From Basidiobolus meristosporus CBS 931.73 (Eukaryota > Fungi > Basidiobolomycota), in NCBI GenBank assembly GCA_002104905.1, contig MCFE01000133.1, positions 1 through 64,000 on the forward strand: a stretch of 64,000 nucleotides of DNA. The letters are read 5' to 3'. The notes beneath the pieces are model-generated. The model did no database searches and had not been told where the DNA came from. It saw only the letters and a program-made list of their open reading frames with translations. The stretch's first letter is position 1. Every line of letters begins with the position of its first letter. Position numbers and translations under genes: made by a program. This document shows positions 50,030 to 63,900 of the stretch, in pieces.

Positions 50030-53000
50030 TCACTGTGACACCCACTAACAGATGTGCTCATCCCCATATTTTCTACTTCCCTATTTCTCTACTACACTTA
50101 TTTTAGCTTTATCCCATTTGTCTGACCTGATAAGTACTATCCCATAAGCTGGCTGACTATTGCACCTGCTTACCTTATTGCATAAGTTATCCCTCACTTT
50201 ATGTAAGATTACTAGCTGTAAGTGCTTCTATATTAGGCAAGTACCCATGCCAGTACCCATGACATATGACCAGCAACCAGAGAGCTCACTGTTGAAGCCC
50301 CTATTTGGTCTCAGTGAATCCAAGCAGTCCTGACAACAGACAATACAAAGTTGATGCCTTTGCTACCAACAGACACCTCCATGAAGAACCTGCCAAACCC
50401 ATCCTTAGAGGACCACAATTTGAAGAGCCTGAGGTTATCTTTGACAAGATGCCTGGTATACTGCCCACCCAAGATCCATTGCCGCACTTTCAGATGGCCT
50501 CAAAGATAGCTAGCTACTCAAGCCCACAACTGACTACTGAGAAGCTGCAAAAGCACAACCTCACTTTGTTGGTTGGAGATATTATGAGTGTACCCCATCT
50601 GTTACGAAGTCCTTTGATGAGCATCTTAGAACAAGACAATAAGCTGTTGAACATATGGACACCCATATAATTCAGACAAACCATGAAGACCACAAAAAGG
50701 ATGACAACACTACTGAATGTAAGACCTTTTACTTAGTTGCAACTGCTGTGGTGAAAGGATATATATATGATAACCCTGTTGACTGCCATATTGACAGTGG
50801 TTCAGAGATCTGTGTTATGCTGCAGACTTCTGGAAGACACTTAGAAGCAAGGAGCTACGGCCTGTTGATAGATATATTGGATGGAACATGAATGATGGAA
50901 ACTCAGGATCTAGTCCACTCAATAGTGTAGTGCACAAGTTCCCTGTTGAAGTACAAGGAATCAAGCTCTGGCTTCCGCTCTTTGTCTGACAGAAGGCAAA
51001 CTTTGATCTTCTGCTAGGCAGACCATGGGAGACCAGGACTAAAGCTACAACTACCAACTATTCCAATGGGTCAGTGTGGCACACTATACAAGGATCAAAC
51101 CTAGGGCTACAGTCAACATTCTGTTGTGTAACACCCAACATTAAAAGGACACATACAGCTTGCCAAAAGACACATCCTGTTATAGAATAAGATGAGGAGC
51201 CTGACAATATACACCCCAACATTTGGAGCTGCTCATTAGGTATACAGGAGCAGACAGCCATAGATTGAACAAATACAAAACAGTAGAGCAGAAGATTAGA
51301 CCATCATTTACACCATTGACTGATGGATCTCAACCTGCTGATTACATTAGACCACCGGGAGAAACACCAGAAGATATACAACTTACACCTGAGAGACTTA
51401 AGCAACTTAACATTGGTGATGGAAACCTAACACTAGAGGGGATTCTATTATTTGAAGAAACCTTGAAAAGGCATGATAAGGTCTTTTCATATAATGACAA
51501 GGAGATGGGACTCTTAAAGACATCAGTTGAAAAACCCATCATGATCCATACAGTGCCCCACACACCCTGGTTACTTAAGCCTTACCCACTGCCCAGAGGA
51601 CTCCAAGCTGATGTGCATGATCTACTTAAGAAGAAGATTGATGCTGGTATTCTAGAGCCTTGCCATGGACCATATACAAACAGATAGTCTGTGACTAAAA
51701 AGAAGAATGGAAAGCTCTGATTCATTCAAGATATGCAATTTGCAAATGCTGTCACTATCAGAGATTCAGCTGTACCTCCATCTATTGATGACTTTGCAGG
51801 TCACTCTATCTACTCACATACAATCTCTACTCAGGATATGACCAGATCTCCCTAGATGAGACATCAAGAGATATGTTGTCACTCCAGTCACCATTTGGAC
51901 TGTTAAGAATGACAAGACTTGGCCAAGGGGCTACAAACTCCATGGCTCAGTTCCAGAGATGCATGGTGAATGTGCAGTACCAGTATATACCTGAGAAACT
52001 TGCTGTCTTTGTTGATGACATAGGCATCAAAGGACCAAAAATCTGTTGTGGTAGGGTAAACACACCACCCACAGACAAGTTTATTCATATAGCAATTATG
52101 ATATACTTATCCATATTTTACCTTATCAGTATTGTCCCATTTTTATTTTGCCAATATTATCAGTATTATGCCCATATGATGTTTACCCTGATTAGATATT
52201 AGCATTGGTTATCCCAGATGTTATTCAGCTTTGTGATCAGTATATATATCTATATAAGGCAAGTACCTGTGTCAGTACTTGTGACACATGACCTAGGTCT
52301 GTGTTATCTTCCCTACCATTTCAATACCATATATGGTATTTCTATGTTGCACAGGTTTCAGACTATCAATCCCTGATTGGTTGGGTGTGCTCTGCCTTGT
52401 AGAACCTTCCAAGACATTCTTAGCACATTTTTAGCTCTTAGTGGTGTTATCAGGAGTTCCACTGATGCCTAGAATCTTCTAGAATCTTGTCATTAGTAAT
52501 CACTTGGCAATCTGGAAAGGTATTTAGGGAAAGCAATACCGCATCAATAAATCATTCCTTCTATCAGCAACACTTCTCCTTTATTGATTAGCAGTTGATC
52601 ACAGCACCTGCATTCAACAGTTACATCTCAGACATGCTATCAAGGAGCTTTTCAGGGTAGTGCACAAGGCATATATAGGCCTTTGGAGATACTTAAAGTA
52701 CATAGGAAACTAGAGAAACAGGAGCTTTTACCATAGTGAAATACTGACAAATACACCAGCAGTTTGGACCCAGAGGTTATTGCACCCATCAAACACCTCA
52801 CACACCTGGAGTTATGTAGCTTCTCCTAGGAGTACCTCTACACCACCACACCAGGACACAACTGAAGTTATGACTGGAGTAAGAAAGTTTGTCTATGACC
52901 ATATTTCAGACAATGATGCCATATTACAAGCCATCAAAGAAGCTGGACTCACCATCAGTGGTGAGAAAAGCAGCTTTGGTGTATTAGAGATATCCATTGT

Positions 53001-56000
53001 TGGACAAAAATGCAACACCTGTGGTTGTTCACCTGAAGACTCCAAGACACAAAAAATAGGCAACTGGCCTACCCCCACAAATCTAACACAAGCTTGTGGC
53101 TTTGTGGCAGCTTGTGGGTTCTTTAGGATCTGGATCCCAAGATTTTCTAAGATAGCAGAACCAATTTACCAACTACAGAGAAAGAATACCCCATTTATCT
53201 GGGGGGAAGAGCAAGAAGAAGCCATGCAATTACTAAAGAGGCCTCAGTATCTCCACTGGTACCAAGACCTCTTGACTATCAGAACACTGAATGCCCACCT
53301 ATTTTGACAGTGGCTGCAAGCCCTATAGGAGCTGGAGCACTTCTTGGCCAAGAAGATAAATATGGCAACCGCTATGCCTGCAGATATGAGAGTTGCCTAT
53401 TCTCTCCTAGAGAACAAAGATACACACAGATTAAGAGAGAGCTACTAGGAGCTGTGAAGATGCTGAGGAAGCTAAAGTCACAGCTCCACATGATGCATTT
53501 CATCCTGGAGACAGATGTCAAGCCATATATAGGAATGATCAACAAGCCTGACCTATCTGATGACACCACAAACCAATGGATGCCATGGCTGAAAATGCTT
53601 GACTTTAAGGTCAGACATATCCCTGGCAAGACAAATGTTGTGGCTGATGCACTCTCCAGGAAGGGACCACAATTATTCAAAGATTTAGACCCTCACTTTG
53701 ATGATATGACTAATGCAGAGATCCAACAGATTGCCATCAAAGACTAAGAGAGAACTACCTGGAGCCTGATCAAGGAATATCTAAGGACACTCAAGAAACC
53801 TGGTTGGATGGAAATTCAGGAGTTTAGCAAACTCAGAAAGAAGGCACATCACTACTATCCCAAAGATGATCTTCTCTTTAAACAAGTGAAGCCTGGACTT
53901 ATGCCAAGAAGAGTAGTCACTACCCCACAAGAGCAACTGAACACCATGACAAGTATCCACCAAGGAGAACCAGGAGGACATAGAGGACAAGAAGCCACCT
54001 ACAATACCACAGCTCAGAGGTACTACTGGGAGAATATGTACTATGATATCCAACACTTTGTTGAGTCATGTGTAGCCTGCTCAAAGAGATCCTCTAAGCG
54101 TTATGAAGAACCACTGCATCCTACTTACACAATTGGTGTATGGCAAAAAGTTGGTATTGACCTTGTCCACATGCCAACAGCTGGATCAGAAAAGTACCTG
54201 ATTGTAGCTAGAGATGACCTTGGTGAATGGGCAGAGGCTTGAGCCTTGCCCTACAACAAGAGCCATAACATATGGAGATTCATACTTGAGGACATGATCT
54301 GCAGATTTGGCTGCATCCAACAGTTTGTTGCTGATAGAGGAGAGATGACATCCCAAATAATCCAGGAGTTGTGCTCAAAGTATAATATACACATTGCTTT
54401 TACTACAGCTTACCATCCTCAAGCCAATGGAATGGTAGAGAGAGGACATGGACCACTGGTAAACTCTCTTGTCAAGACCAGTGATAATAATACAATGCTG
54501 TGGGCACAGTAATTACATCTTGCACTCTGGGCAGATAGAATTACTACCAAGAGAACCACTGGATTATTGCCATTTAAGCTACTCTATGGACATGACTGCA
54601 AACTACCAGTTGAGTTAAACACAGTTACTTGAAGCTCATTAGATTGGAAATCTAATATGCAGACTGATGGCCTGCTAGCCACTTGTATACAGCAACTTGA
54701 TTACCATGACCTAAATATCAAGAGTGCTGCAGAACAACTCAAGGATACATGTCTGAAGAACAAAGCACCCTTTGACAAGTCACACTCAACATGACTAAAG
54801 CCACTTTCACTGGGAGGCCCAGTATTACTCTATGATTCCACCATGGACAAACAATGGAGTTGGAAGTTTGACAACAAATGGACTGGCCCATACCTCATTT
54901 CTAAAGTGGCTGGAAATGGAAGTTATTACATATCTGAGCTTGGCAATGCCCAGTTGAGAGCACCAATTGCAGGGAACTGACTTAAGTTATTCAAGCATAA
55001 GAACTTTGCACATCTGGATTAATTTGCTTTGACCCAAGCTCAAAGCTGAGAGGGAGGTGGATGTAGTGGGGTCACAGTGACACCTACTGACAGATATGGT
55101 CATTCTGATATTTTCTACTTCCCTATTTCTCTAATACACTTATTTTAGTTCTATCCCATTTGTCATACCTGATCAGTACTATCCCATAAGCCAGCTGACT
55201 ATCACACCTGCTTACCTTTTTACATGAGTTATCCCTCATTTTATGTAAGATTACTAGCTGTAAGTGCTTCTATATTAGGCAAGTACCTGCACCAATACCT
55301 GTGACACATGATCAACCTGTGTCACCATCCCTATCACTTTTACGCCAAAAAAGATATCCTTATGTTACACAGGTCTCAGAGTACTGATTCCTGATTGGTT
55401 GGATATGTTGTGCTCCTTAGAACCTTCTGGCACCTACTTGGAATATTTTTAGCGCATTATGTTGTCATTAAGATTTCTATTGATCTCCAGAACCTTCTGG
55501 AACACCATGATTGGTAATTACTTAGCCAGTGAGAAAAGTGTAAAAGGGAGGCAATCCCTCAACAATAAATCATCATCCCTTTTATCAATATACCAGTTTG
55601 TTGATTAGTGTGATCTCTGCTACCTGCTGCCACCTGAACTTCCAGCTCCAGTCCACAGGACACTCCCAGGAAACTGCGCTGACAGCCAACTGACCTTAGA
55701 GGCACTACTTGTGAGGTACTCAGAGTAGGTATCTTGTACTATACTTGATTCTTTTTCAAGTTTGTTTTTGTATAGGCAAAGATACATTTCTGTCATTGTA
55801 ACAATTGACCTCAGCTACATTATTATCAAGTCCCTGCGGGTGGAGTTTACAGTTGTTTGGACTTTGGAAGCTTTAGTACATTGTCATCTCAAAGGACACT
55901 GAGCCCAGCACACACTTTTTTAAGACACCAACTAAGTTGGGGATTGTAGCTCAATAGTTTCCCTTGACAAGCTTGTGGCTTTATTCCACATCACATTAGA

Positions 56001-56128
56001 TTAGAGACAGAACCCATGTATTCCTAGCAAGCCTTTGCCAGAGGTTATTGCACCCAGTGAGCACCCCATGCACAAAACACTTGAGAAGTGTTGGATGTAT
56101 CTCTCCCATGGACCTATACACCACCACA
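50030..56128 (+). mobile_element. Degenerate Ty3/Gypsy LTR retrotransposon with truncated 5' LTR and gag
   Basis: 5' LTR stub 50030-~50272; protease HIDSGSE; RT (PYPLP, GQGATNS, VFVDDIG); RNaseH (RELLG, ETDVK, NVVADALSR); integrase (H-GG-H..C-C, GIDLV, YHPQANG-VER); PPT gagagggaggtgga; 3' LTR 55062-56128; TSD GCAG/GTGG. Confidence 0.95.
52047..52850 (+). mobile_element. Related Gypsy solo LTR inserted in the RT domain
   Basis: Begins TGTGGTAGGGTAAAC (cf. TGTAGTGGGGTCAC) and ends CACCACCACA. Removing it plus 4 bp restores the RT frame (GPKIC|DTTEVMTGVRKFV). Confidence 0.82.
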
Positions 56129-59100
56129 GTGGCCAGCAAGATACTGTTAGCACAGAAGTCACTGAACAATGGTCAAATATGACTAGTGTGGTCAACCACA
56201 GGCTGTGGTCCTTGTAATACTTTCTATGCTGTCTCTATGCTTCATGGCTGAGGGGCTTGTTACAATAGTCATTTGGTCTTTGCTCTTCTCTTATGGCATT
56301 GATTTAAAGTAGTCTTCTCCATGGGGCAAGCTGTATAGCACTCAACAGTGTCCTGCTATTATATCACTTTTTTGCCAATACTCATGTGGACCTAAGTCAG
56401 CCTTGCACATGCATGAATGTAAGATTTAATGATGACCCACCAGAGTAAAAATTATAAATAAAGTTGTGGCCCCACATACACATATATATAGCACAATTTC
56501 CTCTTTGGTTTGACTCACTTCCATATATATGCAGCAAAAAAATAATGCAAGAATGTATGGTTCCCATCCCAACCCCATTGTTGACAACAGCAGAAGATTG
56601 GCTGGACAACTGCTTGCTTTGACATTGGGTGCAACAAGCAGGGCTACATCCAAAAAAGGCCATGTTGTTAGTATGCCCACTGAAGGTAATAATTAAGACT
56701 CCTCAGGCTCTCAGTCAAGTAGGCAATTCACAATCTCTGAGGGGCTTCAATCTGACCAGAATGCCCCATCATATGAGAATGTAGCAAATGAGGTACCTTT
56801 GGTTGAAGACCAGCAAGTAGCCATCATAATATCACCACCACCATTATTGGCAAGTATGTTGTCAGCTCATGCCAAAGCATTGATGAGGCAATTAGGTGCA
56901 GTGGCTCATAGGATAGATGTAATGGCCCAGAAAAATCAGGAAACAGCCCAGAAACAGGATGAGTAGATAATATGTGTAGAGTAATCAATATCCCTTTTCA
57001 CACTGCTTAACTCCTGACTCTGCCAATGCTGTTACTTTTCATACTTGCTAACTGGTTTATTTACTTTGAAACTTCAATTGTAATTCAGTTATCAATTGTA
57101 CAGATTTATACAAGTCCCTACACTTAAAACTAACATTAAGCCCAACACCACACAAAATAAGCAACTCCATTGAAATCCAGCATTCAATAAGTGTTTGAGC
57201 CATAGCACCTTTTTTCCATGACTTTAGAAGGAACCCCACACCTCTGTGCTGTTGTTCATTCACTGGTTCCCATACCTCCTGGTCTTCAGCTAGCACTGCA
57301 AGGTTTAGCACCTGAACCCTAATTCTTTGCAATAAATTATTGCAATATCCAGGTGTGTTTTCATGAGCACTGCTCTTGAAGAAGTGCTGTGACCTCTTGG
57401 TACTCCTAATAATGTTCAAAGCACCACTGTAGGTATTGTGATAGTCATTCAAGTTGCTGACATTGTTGCTGTGTCTTTTGGTGAGATATCCACTTTTTTT
57501 ATCAATTGCAGGAAACAAATACATTGTAGACTGTTGTTAAGCTTTACTGGCTAGGTAAAGGCTAGATCCTATGAAAGAATTTGTGATGATCCCATCAGAA
57601 GGCAATCATAAGATTTGGATCCCATGCCTAAGAGATATAGATGTCATGAGGATGCCATGCAAAAACCATTAAGAAAGTATTGTACATCCAATATCACAAA
57701 AACTTGGTCCATGTTTTCATCACAGCAATACATCAGCGGCCTATGATTGGTTCTCTGCCATATCTATCACATTCTAATCCTGGACACTTAATTATCTTCC
57801 ACATTTGTGGATGTTGATTGGCTGTTGCCTGTTTTTTACATTCCTTAATTCCTAACTCAAGTGATTCTCTTACTTTTCATGCATGCACATTGGCTTATTT
57901 CTGTTGAACTTTAATTTGTAACTTGGTTGCCCATTGTACTGACCCATGCAAGTCCATATACCCAACACTACCATTAAGCCCAATTGCACACTCAAAAAGT
58001 AATTCTATGAAAATCTATTATTCAAAAAGCATTTCTGCCAAAACACCATTTTTCCATGACTTTGATAGGAGCTCTATTGCTCTATGCTTTAATACATTTG
58101 CTGGTTGCCATATGTGCTAGTATTTTGCCAGCAATGCAAGGTCTAGAGCCTCATTTGCCAGTCTTTGCAACAGAACCATGCAATACTCAAGTGCATTTTC
58201 CTAATCATTGCTCTTGAAGAAGTGCTGTAAGCTTTTGCTGTGCCTATTATTACTCCAATATTTCAATGAAGGCATCATCAAAGTGTTCTGAATATTTGAC
58301 ATTGTTGCTATCACTGTCAGTGGAAAATCCACTCCATCTAAAATTGAGGATACAGAGGCTGTGGTAGACATATTGCTATTGTCTGCAAACTTATCAGCCT
58401 CAGTGGGGTATAGCTCATCTGGCTGCACTTCCAACTCTTATGAAATCAGATGTTGCCTTGTAGGCAATACTTCTTGGCTATTGTGGGATTCAGCATGTTT
58501 TATGCCTTTAGTATTGCTTAGTAAGAACTGCACCTTCTTTCTCATCCTTCTCTGTTTGTGGCTTTGGTAGACTGTTTTTCACCACCTTTTCCTTTATCAC
58601 TGCTACTTTGTCTGAGTGCTTTTTATATTGAGCTCCATTTTCCCCTTAATAAATCCTGCACTAGTGCATCCATTTCTGCCTGCTTGTGCCTTACTGGCAC
58701 TCTTGCAGCTACCAAATATTTCTTTGCCATATGTTTGGAGCTTTCATCCCTGGTTATGACAGGCTGCTAAGGAAGCCACTAGTTTCATGGTGCCAGCTCC
58801 TTCACTACTTCTGTGAACAAGTGCTTCTTGAATGGAACTACACTTTTTCCTTGTTAAGTGCTAAGCTGGAGCATCTATTTCTGCTGGTTTTTCTCTGACC
58901 AGCACTCTTCTAGCATTTAATGTTTCTTTGGCACCTGTTTAGAGGCTTTGACCCTGCTTGTAATGAGCTTTTGAGGAGGATGCTGGTCTCTAGTCCTATC
59001 ACCCTTGTTCTTCTGCCTTTGGCACTATCTGCCATTAATGAGATACTTGTTAGCATACAAATACTGCCCAAAGTCCATTTACTGGATAGAACTCATGATA

Positions 59101-59167
59101 CTGCTCATAGATCAGGTCAGGTGAGCACTGGTTGGCCTTGAGCTTTTGATGGTCCCATGGTATGCCA

Positions 59168-60255
59168 TATAGTGTAGTCACAGTATCACCCACTAACATA
59201 TGTCTCATTCCCATAATTTCTACTTCCTTATTTTTCTACTACCCTTATTTTAGTTTTATCCGTTTTGTATTATTTGATCAGTACTTGCCCTTAAACCAGC
59301 TGACCATCTGTTGTGTTGTATTATGATTAGTTTGGGGCTTGTTCTACAATTTAGAGGCTAATCAACAATGTACAACAACTTCCAGTATGCTAATACTGAA
59401 ATAGTTTATTGGGAGTTTGATATACCAATAGAAGATATAACTTTCACTAATTTCCACAATATTAGGCTCAGAATATATTATAAGCAGTGTTTATCACTTC
59501 TACAGCAGTGTTCTGACCTTCTGTCAATTTACTTTTATAGTAACGTTTCCGTATTTGGAGGTCACTTTCCTTTCTGAGAAAATATGTCCCAATATGGAAG
59601 TTCTGAACTCCCCTTTAACCTAAAGGGGTGTGTTGTAGAAGTCTCTAAAGGGGTCTTTAGACCTAAAGGGGTGTCTAAAGGGGTGTCTTCAGAGTAAAGG
59701 GGTTTCTTAACAGGGTCTCTAAAGGGGTCTTTAGAGTAAAGGGGTTTCTTAGAGGGGACTTTTCTGACAGAAAAGTTGTTGTTTCTTGTAGAACTTAGAT
59801 TGGATTCTTGTGAGCTTTGCAGTCTCTTTGCTGATGTAGTACAGATCAAAGTCAGAATACTCAACAGTGCAAGTGATGCATGGGAAGTCTTATAACCTTT
59901 AAACTTGTAATTGTAGTGTGGAGATTCTGGAAAGAGAGGCTCTCCCTTTATTTTTCAGCTGGGGAAGTCATAAATATGAAAATTCTGAAGGATCAAAATT
60001 TCTGGGCTATTACACAAGCAATGCATGTGATAAGAATCTAAAAGTTTTTAAGACACCACTAAGTTGGGGATTGTAGCTCAGTAGTTTCCCATGACAAGCT
60101 TGTGGCTCTATTCCCCTTCATATTAGATTAGAGACAAGACCCCAGCATTCTTGGCAAGCTTTTGCAGGAGGTTACTGAACCCAGTGAGCACCCTACACAC
60201 AAAACACTTGAGAAGTATTAGATTCATCACCTCAACAAGTTTATACACCACCAGA
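59168..60255 (+). mobile_element. Gypsy LTR fragments (5' end 59168-~59310, 3' end ~60040-60255) around unrelated filler
   Basis: Both ends align with 55062-55210 and 55920-56128; the middle does not. Confidence 0.7.
59619..59760 (+). repeat. Irregular array of TAAAGGGGT motifs (~8 copies)
   Basis: ctaaaggggt/gtaaaggggt recur at variable spacing. Confidence 0.8.
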
Positions 60256-61499
60256 CCGGCCTTAAGGTGTTGGCATGCTAGACTTTTAACAGCCTCTTGA
60301 GTATTAGCCCATTTTTCATCACTGAACCAAACAGCTTCACAGATGTTCAATGGCTTTTGATTTGTATTTTGATGTAAAAACTGCAGTCTCTCAAGCCCAT
60401 GCTGTGATAGGTTTTCTGTGAGCTTTAGCTTTGCACACTGTTATTGTATTTCAAAGACTTTATGGTCTTCCTCTGCTGTTACATTGGGAAATGGCTTGTT
60501 CTTGGCACTGACATTGTGACAGAGTTCTAGCAGTCTCTTGAATATTAGCCCACTCATCATCATTGCTCTCAACAACCTCACTGATCTTCAACTTCTATTG
60601 ATTTCTAGACTTTGATATAAATACCACAGTCACTCCAGCACATTAATATAAGTTCTTCTATTGGCCTTATCTTTGGGCACTGTTGTTTTAGTCAAAAGAC
60701 ATAATGGGTTTTGAAGTTGATTAATCTGGAAATGGCTCAATTCTTGGCTGTGACATTGAGCTACCTGAGCTTCTTTTTTGCAGTCTAGATACAACATTCT
60801 CTACCTAGAGTATAGATTGCTCTACATGATTACCCACTCATCCTATCTCTGGACCACCTCCTGACTTCTCTAGATCAATGGATTTATCTTATTAGCCATT
60901 GCAACTATTTGACATGTTAGTGCCTTGGAATAAGCTGGCAGTATACTAGCTGATACTAGTGGTGGTGAGGTTATTACAGTCATTTGCTAGTCTTCAACTG
61001 GATGTCCCACATTTGCTGCATTCCAATCAGCCTGAGCAAATGAATGGCTTAAGGTACCACTGGTATACTAGCTTGATTACTTAATGGACAGCCTGAGGAG
61101 GCTGTAATGTGAGCATGTTGGTTTTTAGACAAAGCAGCCCTTGTAGTACTGAATGTTAAAGCTAGTTGCCATCAAATTATTTGTCTGCAGCTATCTGCAG
61201 CGTGTCATGACCACATGACATCCCTGCCCTTTCATGATCTGACCAAGCCAAGTTGTTGAGGAAATACCAGTTACTTTCAGAACTTTCTACTGCATTCTAG
61301 CAACTTATTGACAACGCTAAGATAACAATACCTAATATAACATTAAAGATAAGCTTCACATAGAAATATATGTAGGTCTATTCCAAAAATGAAATCTCCA
61401 TAACTTAGACAAAAGCTCAGCTGACCCTTTATGCGTCCCTGTTTGATATTTTAGTCTGTTCCTTGGTATACTTGCTTTGCTTCACCCCAGAGCCGCATT

Positions 61500-62800
61500 G
61501 GTATAAAATACCCTGTACAAGATTAGCAAGATCCCAATGTGCAATGAAACAATACCTGTGGTAAAAGTCCCAAGGTTACTTTATGGAGCCAAATGGAGCC
61601 TAGAAATCAGCCTACTGGTGATGAAGTGATGCTGGAGCTAGAGAAGTGACGTGCTGCCACCAATATCAGTAATGGTGGCTTTGAGGATTTACTGTCACTA
61701 CTTGCCAAAGCAGTTTTAGGTTGCATTCACATCATGGAACAACACTCTTGCAAAGCTTCTAGCTTATTGGAAATCCATCACCCTATGAGGAAAACTTTGT
61801 TCACACTCCAGATATATTCATGTTATACCCAATCTAAGGAAGCTCAGGCAGTGTACCAAATATTATGAAGCCTTCATGTACTTCACCCATTATCTATCAA
61901 GTGCATACATTACCAATATATAGGATGCCAAATATTAAAAGCCACCAAAAAGCAAGGGCTATTTTGAAAGTATATATTACCATGCCTTTGCCTTGGCACT
62001 TGATGAATTCTCATCATACTAGTACTCTACTAGCAAGTTCTGCTGGCAACTTACTCTCATCATACTGAATGTACTGCCAATATTACAGTTTCAGAGCAGG
62101 AAAATGAAGGTATTTGCAATGGTATCTGGCAGAAGGCTAGTTAATGGCTCTGATGCCAGGCTCATATTATTATCTGCACTGCAAATACCCCAGCTATCCA
62201 CAAGTTAGCTGGCTTTTCTAGGCACCATGGATGGTATTGCTGTCATATGTGTGAGCTTCAGGGGACTTACTCCATAACTTGCAAACATTATAATTATCCT
62301 AACATCAATGCTAAAAGCAACATCATCCTACACAGAGAGCATAATGAAGTTGACATGCAGATACAGTAAAGTCTCAAGGCTATCAGCCATTGACTAGAAT
62401 ATGCAATCAAGTAAGGACTGGAGATACTCATGATAGAGGGATCTGCTGGAGGAAAAGATTTGCACTAAATGCAATGCATTTTCTCCTAAGGAATATCCCT
62501 TTAATAAAGAAAAAGTTATTCATGTAGCATTTTAAGCTAAATGCACCCTTTAAGATGCCAGGGGAACTTGAAAGAACTGGAAACATATTGGAGAGCATCT
62601 GTTACCCAAAGTACTTCACAGAAGTTTCATTCAATATTCAGATGCATACATAATAGCACAAGTGCCACAGCTGGATGAGCTTGATCTATATTTACTCAAG
62701 TAGCTTTCTGAAGCCACTTCTGCAAGGACTGCAATGGAGGCATTAGGAGTCATATGCTAATACTGTAGAAATAGCTAATTGTATGTGAATCTATGGTTTT
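61500..62800 (+). mobile_element. Degenerate CACTA/EnSpm-like transposase, copy 5
   Basis: Aligns with 44590-45800 (ggagctagagaagtg...aatatcagtaatggtggctttgag; ccttggcacttgatg; ggcaccatggatggtattgctgtcatatgtgtgag). Confidence 0.72.
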
Positions 62801-62829
62801 GTTGCATTGCACATTTAGATTTTGCCAGG

Positions 62830-63900
62830 CTCATGCAGTGTACTGTTGTGAGGGGAGATATGCTCCTAATCCATCAGTGAGCCATCTTCTTTAGAGCTTT
62901 CACTCTGTGGGTCATATTCAGAAGGCTGAGCCTAACCTAAAGGCATAACAAACTCACCGGAATCAGTTTGTGCAAGGTGAGAAGTACAGCCAGGATTGAT
63001 TAAGAAGCTATCAAGTTGATTGCAAGATATAGCTAGTACAGTAGCAACTGATAATTGCTCAAATATGACTTGTGTGGCAAAGCACTGGCCATGATCCTTG
63101 CAATACCTTCCATACTGTCTGTGTGCTTCATAGCTAAGAGGCATGTTACATTAGCAACATAGTTATTTTCCCTTCTCTTATGGCATTGAACCAAAGAAGT
63201 CTTGCACACAGGCAAAAAGCTTGGCACTTAGCAATGTGTTGCTAATATATCATTATCTTGTCAATACTCAGGTGATTATAAGCCAGTCACGTGTTTGAGG
63301 GATTGTACCTATGTGAATGTAAGAATCATTGAAGACCCACCAAAGTAAGCATCATAAACTAAGCTGTAGCACCACATATACACATATATGCAATACTATT
63401 TCCTACTTGGTTTGACTCACTTCCACATACATGTAGCCAAAAATAAAGCAAGGTTGTCTGGTCTCTAGCCAAACCGCATTGTAAACAATAGCAGAAAATA
63501 TTTGTCCAACAGCTTCCACTGACAACAAGTGGGGCTACATCCAAAAATAACATGTTGTAGATGCACCCACTGAAGGTATAACATGGACACCTCAGGCTCT
63601 CCATCAAGTAGGCAATTAAGAATCTTTGTAAAGCCATAAGACAACCATATTGTGCTGGCAGATGAGAATGTAGCAAATGCAGTATCTCTGGTGGAAGACT
63701 CACAAATGACTGTCATAACATCACCACTACCAGTATTAACAAGTGTGTTGGCAGCTCATACCAAAGCATTGATGAGGCAATTAGTCACAATGGCTCATAA
63801 ATTAGATGCAATGGATCAGTGAAAACAAGAAGCAGTCCAGAGACAGGATGAGTGATAAGATGTGTGGAGCAATCAATATATCAGGTAGAGAATGCAGTAC
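62830..63900 (-). mobile_element. Degenerate CACTA-like upstream region, further copy
   Basis: Aligns with 49820-50020 and 56300-56990 in the same orientation, and with 43850-44480 in reverse complement. Confidence 0.65.

Larger units (their letters stand above)
49020..59167 (-). mobile_element. Degenerate CACTA/EnSpm-like DNA transposon, copy 4 (49020-50029 plus 56129-59167), split by the Gypsy
   Basis: Transposase remnants 49020-49860 (SCMAFTSEN, DIFDGKH). The flanks of the Gypsy rejoin to match the reverse complement of 44380-44480. The extent beyond ~57000 is less certain. Confidence 0.7.

Noticed and set aside
61202-61500. Possible additional LTR starting TGTCATG
   Set aside because: No second copy, PBS, PPT or TSD found in the window.
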